A stretch of DNA of 63,482 bases, counting the filler, from Phoronis australis (Eukaryota; Animalia; Phoronida): NCBI GenBank assembly GCA_002633005.1. It is 10 parts of 10 records of this genome, joined end to end, with 100 filler letters (N's around TTAATTAATTAA, not from the genome) between each part and the next. Parts side by side here need not be neighbours in the genome. Positions count along the whole stretch, not along the records: positions 40,796 to 46,972 come from NMRA01002209.1; positions 47,073 to 50,070 come from NMRA01003288.1; positions 50,171 to 53,291 come from NMRA01003206.1; positions 53,392 to 55,665 come from NMRA01001210.1; 6 more parts are not named here. The stretch is one strand, 5' to 3'. Positions 40,796 to 53,665 of this stretch are shown here, piece after piece. How positions within the stretch are numbered: position 1 is the first letter of the stretch; each line of letters starts with the position of its first letter. The translations under genes were made by a program, and so were the position numbers. The notes under the pieces were generated by a model that saw only the letters and a list, made by a program, of their open reading frames with translations, was not told where the DNA came from and made no database searches.

Positions 40796-43700
40796 GTCTC
40801 TTTTCACCAGAACTGCCGAGCGTTAGCGAATTTGTGAGTTCTTTCAGCGAACGCTGCAACTCTTGAAAGTCGATTGCAGTAACAGCGTTTGAGGTGTCCG
40901 TGATTATAATGACATCAATAGCGGACGTCGTTTTGTTATACGAAGAAGGTGACGTAGTTGTAACTGTTAAATAAAAACATAATACTTGGTGATTAACACA
41001 GGTTGGATTGGTGAGGACACCAGCTTTCTTATCGCTTACCAGTTAACACATATGAAAGGTTTTGTTAATGCACCGAGATACACTGAACAAATTCCATGTT
41101 TTGAGACCAAGTGTTAATTAAAACATAAATTCCACATATGTTACTGTGCTCAACCATTATACCTTCCGAAACGCCATCTTTGAAGACACGTCTAAGAATC
41201 TCATTTTTGACGGCATCGTTCAACTGGGCATAAGCTGTCGTCTGAAAGATGTTTTCAACGTCTGGGTCCGTCGTAATTGCTGCAACATCCGATGCAATTG
41301 ACGTCGGTACGACCGCATATGTTGTCACCCCATCCGCTTCAAGGCTACTGGCTTTGGAAATTGCGTTTTGACTGTCTTGTCCTAAGTCTGCGAAAAGATA
41401 TCTATGTAAGACATGTCTATAGCAACTCTTTCAAGTTAATCAAACAAGTAAATACTATGTACCAGTGTCGACTCATACATGCCGATGACGGTTGCAAGAT
41501 TTTAAAAGAGGTAACGAAACAGTAAAAGTCATCTTTTGCTTGAATGAATCTCTCGCTTTCATGAATAAGGGCTTATGAATATTTCATCACCGCAGTGTTT
41601 GGCTCGAAAACAAAATTCATTTAGTCTGCGTTCGTCTCTACCTTGGATTTCTTTTCTGCATATTCATCCATTACATGTTTAAGTGTCATTATTGTGTTCG
41701 TATGCAATTCCTTGGAACAATGATAAAAGGTCTTACCTGCTGCGAATATAATGATCGACTTGTTCGAGTTACTTCTTCCGTTTTGTTTGAACTGGTCTTC
41801 TGCTGTAGTCAAGGCTTTGTGAAGAAGTGCGTTTCCGCCCATCTGTCTCATGTCGTCGATGGCTGAGAGAACACTGCTTTTGTCCGATGTAAATGTTGAT
41901 GAAACATTGCTATTTGTACCGTAATTTACAATAGCCACTCTCTTTTCACCGGAACTGCCGAGCGTTAGCGAATTTGTGAGTTCTTTTAGCGAACGCTGCA
42001 ATTCTTGAAAGACACTTGCAGTGACAGCGTTTGAGGTGTCCGTGATTATAATGACATCAATAGCCGACGTCGTTTTGTTATTTGAAGGAGGTAACGCAGT
42101 TGTAACTGTTAAATAAAAGCATATTACTCAGTGATTAACACAGGTTGAATTGGATGAACACCAGCTTTCTTATCGCTTACCAGTTAACGCATGTGAAATA
42201 TTATGGTGCACTGAGATACAATGAACGAAATAGATGTTTTGAGACCTAGTGTTTAGTAAAAAATAAATTCCACGTATGTTACTGTGCTAGACTATTATAC
42301 CTTCCGACACGCCATCTTTAAAGACACGGCTAAGAATCTCATTCTTGACGGCATCGTTCAACTGGGCATAAGCTGTCGTCTGAAAAATGTTTTCAGTGTC
42401 TGGGTCAGTTGTAATTGCTGCAACATCTGAAGCAACTGACGTCGGTACTACCGCATATATTGTCACCCCATCCGCTTCAAGACTACTGGCTTTGGAAATT
42501 GCGTTTTGACTGGCTTGTCCTAAAACTGTAAATAGATATCTATGTAGATGTATCTATTACAACTCTTTCAGGGTAGTCAAGCACCTTCATACTATGTACC
42601 AGTGCCGATCGACGAATACATGGTAATGACGGTTGCAAGCTTATTCAATGAGGTGAAAAAGCAGTAAAGGTTAACTTTTGCTTGATTGAATCGCTCGTGT
42701 ACATAAATAGGGGCTGAAAGAAATTTTCACCAACGCAGTGTTTGGCACGAAACCAATATTCACTAAGTCTGTCAACTTCTCTACCCTGGATTCCTTTTCT
42801 GCATATCCATCCTTCCATCTTTAAGTTTCAATATTTTTCCATATTCTTCCTTGGAACATGAGCAAATTAAATGTCTTACCGGCTGCGAATATAATGATCG
42901 ACTTGTTAGCATTACTTCTTCCGTTTTGTTTGAACTGGTTGTCTGCTGTATTCAAGGCTTTGTGAAGAAGTGCGTTTCCTCCCATTTGTCTCATGTCGTC
43001 GATGGCTGAGAGAACACTGCTTTTGTCCGATGTAAATGTTGATGAGATATTGCTATTTGTACCGTAGTTGACAATGGCCAGTCTCTTTTCACCAGAACTG
43101 CCGAGCGTTAGCGAATTTGTGAGTTCTTTCAGCGAACGCTGCAACTCTTGAAAGTCACTTGCAGTAACAGCGTTTGAGGTGTCCGTGATTATAATGACAT
43201 CGATAGCGGACGTCGTTTTGATATACGAAGACGGTGACGTAGTTGTAGCTGTTAAATAAAAGCATATTACTCAGTGATTAACACAGGTTGAATTGGATGA
43301 ACACCAGCTTTCTTATCGCTTACCAGTTAACGCATATGAAAGATTTTGTTAATGCAGCGAGATACACTGAACAAATTCGATATTTTGAGACCAAGTGTTA
43401 ATTAAAACATAAATTGCACGTATGTTACTGTAATCAACCATTATACCTTCCAACACGCCATCTTTGAAGACACGACTAAGAATCTCATTTTTGACGGCAT
43501 CGTTCAACAGGGCATAAGGTGTCGTCTGAAAGATGTTTTCAACGTCTGGGTCCGTTGTAATTGCTGCAACATCCGATGCAATTGACGTCGGTACGACCGC
43601 ATATATTGTCACCCCATCCGCTTCAAGGCTACTGGCTTTGGAAATTGCGTTTTGACTGTCTTGTCCTAAATCTGCGAAAAGATATCTATGTAAGACCTGT

Positions 43701-46700
43701 CTATAGCAACTGTTTCAAGTTAATCAAACAAGTTAATACTATGTACCAGTGTCGACTCATACATGCTGATGACGGTTGCAAGGTTTTAAAAGAGGTAACG
43801 AAACAGTAAAAGTCATCTTTTGCTTGAATGAATCTCTCGCTTTCATGAACAAGGGCTTATGAATATTTCATCACCGCAGTGTTTGGCTCGAAAACAAGTT
43901 TCATTTAGTCTGCGTTCGTCTCTACCTTGGATTTCTTTTCTGCATACTCATCCATTACATGTTTAAGTGTCAATATTGTGTTCGTATGCAATTCCTTGGA
44001 ACAATAACAGAAGGTCTTACCTGCTGCAAATATAATGATCGACTTGTTCGAGTTACTTCTTCCGTTTTGTTTGAACTGGTCGTCTGCTGTAGTCAAGGCT
44101 TTGTGAAGAAGTGCGTTTCCGCCCATCTGTCTCATGTCGTCGATGGCTGAGAGAACACTGCTTTTGTCCGATGTAAATGTTGATGAAACATTGCTATTTG
44201 TACCGTAGTTTACAATAGCCACTCTCTTTTCACCGGAACTGCCAAGCGTTAGCGAATTTGTGAGTTCTTTTAGCGAACGCTGCAACTCTTGAAAGTCACT
44301 TGCAGTAACAGCGTTTGAGGTGTCCGTGATTATAATGACATCAATAGCCGGCGTCGTTTTGTTATTCGAAGGAGGTGACGCAGTTGTAACTGTTAAATAA
44401 AAGCATATTACTCAGTGATTAACACAGGTTGAATTGGATGAACACCAGCTTTCTTATAGCCTACCAGTTAACGCATATGAAATATTATGGTAATGCACCG
44501 AGATACAATGAACGAAATAGATGTTTTGAGATCTAGTGTTCAGTAAAAAATAAATTCCCCGTATGTTACTGTGCTGGACTATTATACCTTCCGACACGCC
44601 ATCTTTAAAGACACGGCTAAGAATCTCATTCTTGACGGCATCGTTCAACTGGGCATAAGCTGTCGTCTGAAAGATGTTTTCAGTGTCTGGGTCGGTTGTA
44701 ATTGCTGCAACGTCTGAAGCAACTGACGTCGGTACTACCGCATATATTGTCACCCCATCCGCTTCAAGAGTACTGGCTTTGGAAATTGCGTTTTGACTGG
44801 CTTGTCCTAAAACTGTAAATAGATATCGATGTAGATGTATCGTATCTATTGCAACTCTTTCAGGGTAATCAAGCACGTTCATACTATGTAAAAGTGTCGA
44901 TCGACGAATACATGTCGATGACGGTTGCAAGCTTATTCAATGAGGTAAAAAAGCAGTACAGGTTAACTTTTGTATGAATAAATCTCTCGTGTACATAAAT
45001 AGGGGCTCAAAGAAATTTTCATCAACGCATTGTTTGGCACGAAACCAATATTCACTTACTCTTGTCATCTTCTCTACCCTGGATTCCTTTTCTGCATATC
45101 CAACCTTCCATCTTTAAGTGTCAATATTTTTCCATATTCTTCCTTGGAACATGAGCAAATTAAAAGTCTTACCTGCAGTGAATATAATGATTGACTTGTT
45201 CGCATTACTTCTTCNGGTTGTAATTGCTGCAACGTCTGAAGCAACTGACGTCGGTACTACCGCATATATTGTCACCCCATCCGCTTCAAGAATACTGGCT
45301 TTGGAAATTGCGTTTTGACTGGCTTGTCCTAAAACTGTAAATAGATATCGATGTAGATGTATCGTATCTATTGCAACTCTTTCAGGGTAATCAAGCACGT
45401 TCATACTATGTAAAAGTGTCGATCGACGAATACATGTCGATGACGGTTGCAAGCTTATTCAATGAGGTAAAAAAGCAGTACAGGTTAACTTTTGTATGAA
45501 TAAATCTCTCGTGTACATAAATAGGGGCTCAAAGAAATTTTCATCAACGCATTGTTTGGCACGAAACCAATATTCACTTACTCTTGTCATCTTCTCTACC
45601 CTGGATTCCTTTTCTGCATATCCAACCTTCCATCTTTAAGTGTCAATATTTTTCCATATTCTTCCTTGGAACATGAGCAAATTAAAAGTCTTACCTGCAG
45701 TGAATATAATGATTGACTTGTTCGCATTACTTCTTCCTTTTTGTTTGAACTGGTCGTCTGCTGTAGTCAAGGCTTTGTGAAGAAGTGCGTTTCCTCCCAT
45801 TTGTCTCATGTCGTCGATGGCTGAGAGAACACTGCTTTTGTCCGATGTAAATGTTGATGAGATATTGCTACTTGTACCGTAGTTGACAATGGCCAGTCTC
45901 TTTTCACCAGAGCTGCCGAGCGTTAGCGAATTTGTGAGTTCTTTTAGCGAACGTTGCAACTCTTGAAAGTCACTTGCAGTAACAGCGTCTGAGGTGTCCG
46001 TGATTATAATGACATCAATAGCCGACGTCGTTTTGTTATACGAAGGAGGTGACGCAGTTGTAACTGTTAAATAAAAGCATATTATTCAGTGATTAACACA
46101 GGTTGAATTGGATGAACACCAGCTTTCTTATCTCTTACCAGTTAACGCATATGAAAGATTTTGTTAATGCAGCGAGATACACTGAACAAATTCGATATTT
46201 TGAGACCAAGTGTTAATTAAAACATAAATTGCACGTATGTTACTGTGCTCAACCATTATACCTTCCAACACGCCGTCTTTGAAGACACGGCTAAGAATCT
46301 CATTTTTGACGGCATCGTTCAACTGGGCATAAGCTGTCGTCTGAAAGATGTTTTCAACGTCTGGGTCCGTTGTAATTGCTGCAACGTCCGATGCAATTGA
46401 CGTCGGTACGACCGCATATATTGTCACCCCATCCGCTTCAAGGCTACTGGCTTTGGAAATTGCGTTTTGACTGTCTTGTCCTAAATCTGCGAAAAGATAT
46501 CTATATAAGACCTGTCTATAGCAACTGTTTCAAGTTAATCAAACAAGTTAATACTATGTACCAGTGTCGACTCATACATGCCCATGACGGGTGCAAGGTT
46601 TTAAAAGAGGTAACGAAACAGTAAAAGTCATCTTTTGATTGAATGAATCTCTCGCTTTCATGAACAAGGGCTTATGAATATTTCATCACTGCAGTGTTTG

Positions 46701-46972
46701 GCTCGAAAACAAGTTTCATTTAGTCTGCGTTCGTCTCTACCTTGGATTTCTTTTCTGCACACTCATCCATTACATGTTTAAGTGTCAATATTGTGTTCGT
46801 ATGCAATTCCTTGGAACAATAACAAAAGGTCTTACCTGCTGCGAATATAATGATCGACTTGTTCGAGTTACTTCTTCCGTTTTGTTTGAACTGGTCGTCT
46901 GCTGTAGTCAAGGCTTTGTGAAGAAGTGCGTTTCCGCCCATCTGTCTCATGTCGTCGATGGCTGATAGAACA
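40796..46972 (-). CDS. Protein with tandem VWA domains, each encoded by a 369-nt plus 225-nt exon pair (198 aa)
   Basis: A exons: gap-46836, 46063-45695, 44389-44021, 43248-42880, 42105-41737, 40963-gap. B exons: 46486-46262, 44812-44588, 43671-43447, 42525-42301, 41387-41163. All are phase 1 with GT-AG ends. Motifs IDVIIITDTSNAV, RVAIVNYG, GGNALLHKAL, GVTIYAV. Confidence 0.88.
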
Positions 46973-47849
46973 NNNNNNNNNNNNNNNNNNNNNNNNNNNN
47001 NNNNNNNNNNNNNNNNTTAATTAATTAANNNNNNNNNNNNNNNNNNNNNNNNNNNNNNNNNNNNNNNNNNNNTCAAACCTGTAAATTTAGTATGTATGTT
47101 CATTACATGATACTCTTGTTGGCTGGTTTTCCAGGCTTGGTCCTCCTTGCCCAGAACATGTATGGGAGTTGAAAAGGATATTGACGGTTTTTTCTGCCCA
47201 TTTCTAAGATAATTTATTACGTTTTGATTGGTCAGACTCACTCAACAGATCTGCCGGACCTATTTTACCCTGGTTTCAAAATAGTCTCTGTGTTTTAGAA
47301 AACAGTGCATTAAACACAATACCTGAAAGTTCATGTGAATCTGATTAGTCATTCCTGAGCTATAAATGTTCAATTTGGAGATTTTTCTATGGCCCTAAGG
47401 TGGTCCCAATTCCTAGCCCCTCTTTCAGAATTCAGATACAGTAGCCTCTAATCTCTATGTATGATTGGCCTGATTGCTATGATTGCTGAGCCCAGACATT
47501 GAGGTAGTTGAATAGTCATGGACATTTGTTTACATAACTGAATGACCCATTAGGGCATCCTTAGGAAAAGGTTCTCCAATTTGGCATAGTCTCTAGAATT
47601 TGGGACCCCGATAAACCAGCGGAAATTGAATTTTCTTGACTCTGAGAGTTTTTAAAATTTGGGGCACTGGCGATTTTGGCATTCATGGTATGTGTCAGAT
47701 TTCGACCATAGCATTTTGCATCAGCAGAGTCTAATTATAGACTTGGCAGTTAATAAGGTCACTGAAAATTGCTCCGATCTCTTTAGGTAAAAAAACTATC
47801 CTTTAAGAAAAAGAACCCATTGTGGGTATGTAGGACTCTAGAAAAATAT

Positions 47850-48265
47850 CTAATGTTTGCCAACTTCGGAACATTATATCTCAGAAATGGCCAGTCAGGT
47901 TCGCACGAAACTTTCAGATAATCTGCTTTATAGACTGTTCTCTAAACCTGTGTTAGGAATTGTTTTTAAAATGTTCCATTTTTGCACGAGGGGCTATCAA
48001 AATAGGACTTACATGATTTTTATGAAAACACTTTAAAGTTTTATGAAACAAAATTGAAACGTCAATTTAGAAATATGTAACAGCGTTTTTGAAGATTTTA
48101 TCTTGCAACATTCACATTTTACGAAATTTAGTCATGTTATTTTGCTATGAACGCACCTTTCCCTTTTGCTAATTTATCAAAAGCAAGGTTACATGGCCTA
48201 ATTAGGGGCTGATTGATATGAAGTCAAAAATCAAATTCTATGCAGTTTCTGCTCTCAGGAATTAC
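47850..48265 (+). repeat. Dispersed intronic repeat, copy of 37850-38290
   Basis: Direct similarity to 37850-38290. Confidence 0.7.
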
Positions 48266-48365
48266 ATGTACATACTCTTGTCCTACGGAACCTTTATTTG
48301 ATACACTTATAGTAATTTTGTTTTGTCCGGGGTCATTGGATCGTAACTTGGTTCTTATTTTTCAG

Positions 48366-49577
48366 AAACCAATGCGATCTTAACCAGGAGAATGGTGACA
48401 GCAACAACGTTAGCAACAGCGACAGTGTCCCCCATACGACCACTATAGATGCAGGGGACCTGGTCTGGTCTATGGCCCTGGGTCGGGCTGTACCAGACAG
48501 AAAGCCTCATTCGGTCAACATTAACTTTCACCTGTTCGATAGCACAAAAGGTCTCATCTTAGCTACAGGGCTTGCTAATGGACGCATTCGCACCTGGGAT
48601 GTGTTCACAGGTAAGACATCCCGAGAGGGTGTAGTCCATTTTCGGTTGGCTGACCGATAGTTCTAGACAGGCTTTTGATATTTGGAAAGACAATCGTGTC
48701 TTTTTCAACAACGGCTGGTTTGGAAGTGACACACATTTATGTCTGAAGGTATTATAAGAAATCCAACCAACAGTTCTTGGTAATCTTTCACGGTGAAGAG
48801 AAGTTCCTTTGTGAAAACCTGATATTTAAGTGGATATCCTAGGGAGTAATGTGTATTGATTCATGGCTCAGTCTGAAGATAAAATTTGTTGACTTATAGA
48901 TTTTACAGTTTTTGTCAAATTGATGTTCTTGAATAACTGCATTCTGTTCTCAAAAAACATTTTAGTTTATTTATTAGAGGTTTTCCATCGATTAGCGTTA
49001 TTTAGACTTTTCTAAGTTTCTATGTGTTTACTCAGTCTTGATAGTAAGATAGTCAACAGCGATGAACTTACAAAATATCAGCAATGTCAACAACAACAAT
49101 AACACCTTTATCGAATACGAGGTCATGACCCATAGTTCCGTTTTACACAATAATAATAATGATGACGTCGACGACGATGATGACGACGATGAGGTATGCT
49201 GCACTATACTATAATATACATACTCTTGGAGTAGTTGCAGTAAGTTACAATGCTAACAGTTCGTCACGTAAGAACATTCCCTTTGTTTGTATAAAGACTA
49301 AATATTGGCAATGCTTTTAGTTAACAAGTTTGTTTTCATTGCAGGTAAACTTAAGCTGGAACTTGTTGACCACAACGATGTGATCAGAGATCTGAAATTC
49401 GCCCCAGACGGTAGTCTACTGTTGGCCTCTGTCTGCCGTGATGGCTCGTGTAAAATTTGGGATCTGAATGATGATGGGAATATGATGAAGACTCTGCGCT
49501 CCAGTGACGCCTGGCTTTACGCATGCGCCTGGTCACCAAGTGCTGAGATACTCGTTACCGTTGGCGCCTCAAGAACG
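48366..49577 (+). CDS. WSB1: WD repeat and SOCS box protein 1-like, two internal exons
   Basis: Exons 48366-48610 and 49345-49577: IDAGDLVWSMALG...LILATGLANGRIRTWDVFTG-KLKLELVDHNDVIRDLKFAPDGSLLLASVCRDGSCKIWDLNDDGNMMKTL...VGASRT, recognisably WSB1. Confidence 0.9.
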
Positions 49578-51588
49578 GTAAGCAATTGCTAGTATGGTGT
49601 TACAAATGTGCTACCAATGGGTGTTGTTTTTTCTTCTTGACAATGATGTACAAGGGAAGCAAACAGCTCATGTGCAAAATATACTTGCATGATGCCATTT
49701 GTTATTTATGCTGGAGTGATGAAATACCAAGAAATTTTGTGATTAGTGGCCAAAATATACAGCGGTGTTTTTAAAGGACTTTTAATATTCAGAGTGTGTA
49801 TTTTGTCTTACAAATTGTTAATTGCATTGTGCACTCAATGTTTTTCTGAGAACTTATAAAATCCAGCTCTTGGTGAAATTTATTGTTTCTTTAGAAGACA
49901 GCCTTTGAAAAAATGCTTCTTTTGGCATTTTTATGCGCCCACATATTTATATGTGGACGCATTATGCCGTCATCTCTGTCCGTCCGTCCGTCCATCCGGG
50001 CGGCGTCCGGCGTCCGCTGCTCTATCTCCAAAACCCTTTGACATACGTTCATGAAATTTGGCACATATGTNNNNNNNNNNNNNNNNNNNNNNNNNNNNNN
50101 NNNNNNNNNNNNNNTTAATTAATTAANNNNNNNNNNNNNNNNNNNNNNNNNNNNNNNNNNNNNNNNNNNNTATCTGTCCATCATACATACCTTTATGGGT
50201 TCATATCAAGACAACTTTGGAAATAAATATTGCAGTTGTCGTTTGCTCAGCACGAACTTTCCTGCATGGCTCAAGACGAGGTCTACATTTTGTTACATTG
50301 TTGTGGAAAGTATGTTTAATTTCTATCTACTGTATGAAGCTTGTATTAGAATTTTTGTTTATCATACTTTTCATCAATACATATTTGAAATGTTGTTTAT
50401 CTTTAATTTTTTTAAAGTAATGCATTTTGACAAAGTTAAGTCAGTCACAAACTGCATGTCAACAAAAAAGTCATAAAACAATATCAATAATTTGCCCAAC
50501 CAATTATCAGATTTCAACTTCCCTGATGAAAAATCTTGAAATGATACTAGTTTATTTTTTTTTCTTGAGTAATTGTTATTCTATGCCAATTTGAAACGAC
50601 AAAATTGTACGTACTGACTTTTCTTCGTCGGCTTTGTTGACTCTAAGGTCAATATCTTCGCACAGGAATGTCCAATCGGAATGTTCTTTGTTGCAAATTA
50701 TTCATCATAAAATTTTCTTTGAAATGATGTATAACATGTCTGTCTAGTTTACGTAGATTTGTAACCATAATATTTCAAACTCACAAATTTGATCTGACAG
50801 AATTTTTACCAAAAAAATTGACACAAAAACACCATTTTCTCCGGAACCGTAAGTCCGATTTAAAATTTTTTTGCACCGTTCTTTTAGTCTCGTAGAGGGC
50901 TTTCTCGTGATGTATATTACAAGCACATTTTCAAAAATTTTTGAAAAATGCTGTCCTCGCTACTTTGAGTCAGTGAACGGTGTTTGCAGGTACGCGAGTC
51001 GTGACTCATGTTTTCACGTTCGACACGGTGTTTTGCAGTCCGTTAGCCATTTAGGTACCTTATTTGAACAGCTTCCGGCGTATGAAAGCCCTATGGGGGC
51101 ATCATCATCTCTATTGCCATGTGGCACTGTCCAATATTACACTCTACGTCTACATTTTGGAAGTTGGCATTTGCCCGGCATTGTCCGTTTTTTAACCACT
51201 CAGTAAGTTATCAAATAAGAGCAGGTACAGGTCTATGGCCACAACGGTATGTTTTCAAAAAATCCTAGGGATACTAGAAAATTTTGAAATCAAGCAAACA
51301 AACCTATTAGACGTTCGTGAAGCTGTCAAACGACGATGAATATTCGGCAGCAACGACTTTACTACACGCCGGACGAAACGGAAGCGTCACTTTGCGCATG
51401 TCAGACAGTTTCGAGAATGCCCGGCAGGTGCGACGGGACTTGGGACTCGTGAAAATAACTGATGCATCTGTTAACCGGTTCTATAACATACAAATAAAAC
51501 CGAGTTGCGGGCCAAACAATAGCTGATTCATATTTATTGCCAAAAAATCCTGACAGCTATCGCTGATTGGCTGATATGTCAGTGACAT

Positions 51589-51758
51589 CATAGGCGGATT
51601 TAGGGGGGGCCCAGGAGGCCCGGCCCCCCCCCCTTGGCTGCGGCAAAAAAAAATAAAACAGTAAGAGCGTAGTTTATTAATTAACCCCGGTAATTAAAAT
51701 TATACGGATGAAAAAAGATTTAAATGTGTGCAGTTTTAGTGTTGGGGGGAGGGGGGGG
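51589..51758 (+). mobile_element. MITE starting CATAGGCGGATTTAGGGG, truncated by a gap
   Basis: Same family as 13925-14084, in opposite orientation. Confidence 0.6.
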
Positions 51759-52465
51759 NNNNNNNNNNNNNNNNNNNNNNNNNNNNNNNNNNNNNNNNNN
51801 NNNNNNNNNNNNNNNNNNNNNNNNNNNNNNNNNNNNNNNNNNNNNNNNNNNNNNNNNNNNNNNNNNNNNNNNNNNNNNNNNNNNNNNNNNNNNNNNNNNN
51901 NNNNNNNNNNNNNNNNNNNNNNNNNNNNNNNNNNNNNNNNNNNNNNNNNNNNNNNNNNNNNNNNNNNNNNNNNNNNNNNNNNNNNNNNNNNNNNNNNNNN
52001 NNNNNNNNNNNNNNNNNNNNNNNNNNNNNNNNNNNNNNNNNNNNNNNNNNNNNNNNNNNNNNNNNNNNNTACGACTCCGTTTCCGTCGTCTGCTCCACTG
52101 TGCAATGAAGAAAATTTACTTCATTTTTTAAAGAAAATGGAACCTGAGTGACGATGAAAAAACAGAAGCTGCTGGTAAGATGTGAATTTTAATCGAAGCC
52201 TTAGTGAATCACTCAGAAACTCGCAATTTCTTTGTCAAACCTTATCTTAAGACGGTTTCCAAAGCAATCCCTTCATTATTGCCAACACGAAAAATGGATT
52301 TGGTCTTTTGGGCATTTGAAGACTATTTCAAATACGACAAATTTGTTAAGAATTGATGGCACAAAATATAAAACGTGTAATAAGCATTACGAAAAGAAGT
52401 ATGTTTCGCGCGCAAACGCTGTGGCCCATAAACAAGTAAGTCTTTTGGTATAAAGTCGTAGCGTA

Positions 52466-52545
52466 ATCGTGGTGGTGTAGTGGTAACGTACGCGCGCTCT
52501 GTCCGCCAGGTCGTGAGTTCGAGTCTTGGACACTTGCATTTTTTT
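52466..52545 (+). pseudogene. tRNA-like sequence (tRNA pseudogene or SINE head)
   Basis: TGGTGTAGTGGTA A box, GAGTTCGAGTCT B box and a following T-run. No clean acceptor or anticodon stem. Confidence 0.45.
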
Positions 52546-52619
52546 CCTGTTTGACATGTTCTCCGTGTTTTTTTTTTGCCTTTTTTTCTTGGATAATACT
52601 TCAGGAATCAAGGAAAATG

Positions 52620-52799
52620 CTTGATTTTTAGAGGTAAAAACAGAAAAATTTCCTGGGCGGGAGGGGGGCAAACCCCCCTCCCGACCTCCCCCCATTCGGT
52701 GCTATGCGCATCTACATTCGTGGTTCAGTTTGCGCAAATGCTTCCAACCGGACAAAATGTTGGGCCCCCCCCCCTTGTGATATCCTAGATCCGCCACTG
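52620..52799. mobile_element. MITE half ending in AGATCCGCCACTG
   Basis: Similar to 395-540. Confidence 0.6.
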
Positions 52800-53431
52800 G
52801 ACAAAGCTGCATGTTGGGGGCTACTGAGTCGGCGCTGACTGGCATCGTAGCTACTGATTGATGCACTCGGTTACTCGGTTAACTTGGTGTACTTGTGAAG
52901 AGTTTAGAACAAAACATGACCGACCCACGTAACGAACTTGGAGTTGACTAATCTTAGTCTTAGTTAGGTTCAATTTCAAATAACCCTTGTTTTCTGACTG
53001 GCTCAAGTACAGCTGTGAGCCGTTGTGATGCTCTTGGAGGTGTTCTGATTTAGTGGCGTCACCGGACTGCCAGTCGGACTGCCAGAATATCATCCATCCT
53101 CACTCCAATTTTTTACCCGCCCGAAATGTGACCAACATACTTTGCATAGCTTTTTGATAAATTTCTGGGGAACTTTTCAAGTCCATTGGCAATCTAAGAT
53201 GCCTGTATCGCCCAAATGGGATGATTAAATGCTGGATAGTAAGACTGGCACTCTCGAGAGCCCGGCGCGTTTTTGCGGGGATCCCATTTTTNNNNNNNNN
53301 NNNNNNNNNNNNNNNNNNNNNNNNNNNNNNNNNNNTTAATTAATTAANNNNNNNNNNNNNNNNNNNNNNNNNNNNNNNNNNNNNNNNNNNNTCTCCCTTA
53401 GGCTGCATCATGAGATGCTGCCCTAAGATAT

Positions 53432-53665
53432 ACATGAAGGACGACAGAGGTGTGTAACTGTCGTTATTGACAACATTTTGGTCTGACTGACACTTGTGAC
53501 AACTCTGTGGTGTCTTGATCATTGTAACAGCTTTAAAGTGATAACGGTATTTTACTTGTACTCAGGCTTGTACTCAAGTTTTAGTGTTTGGTTCGTGATG
53601 ACGCACATGTACTTTAATTGGATACACCTCTGCATGCACCAAATCTATCACCATTCGCTTTCACT
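53432..53665. repeat. Segment duplicated at 55396-55665
   Basis: Shared catgaa.gacgacag...ttttagtgtttggttcgtgatgacgcacatgtactttaa.tggatacacctct...caccaaatctatcaccattcgctt. Confidence 0.8.

Noticed and set aside
44693-45736. Extra fused VWA exon or 522-bp tandem duplication
   Set aside because: Near-identical sequence lies on both sides of a single n at 45215, most likely an unmerged assembly overlap.
51677-52151. Long ORFs in the track
   Set aside because: They run through a 311-N gap.
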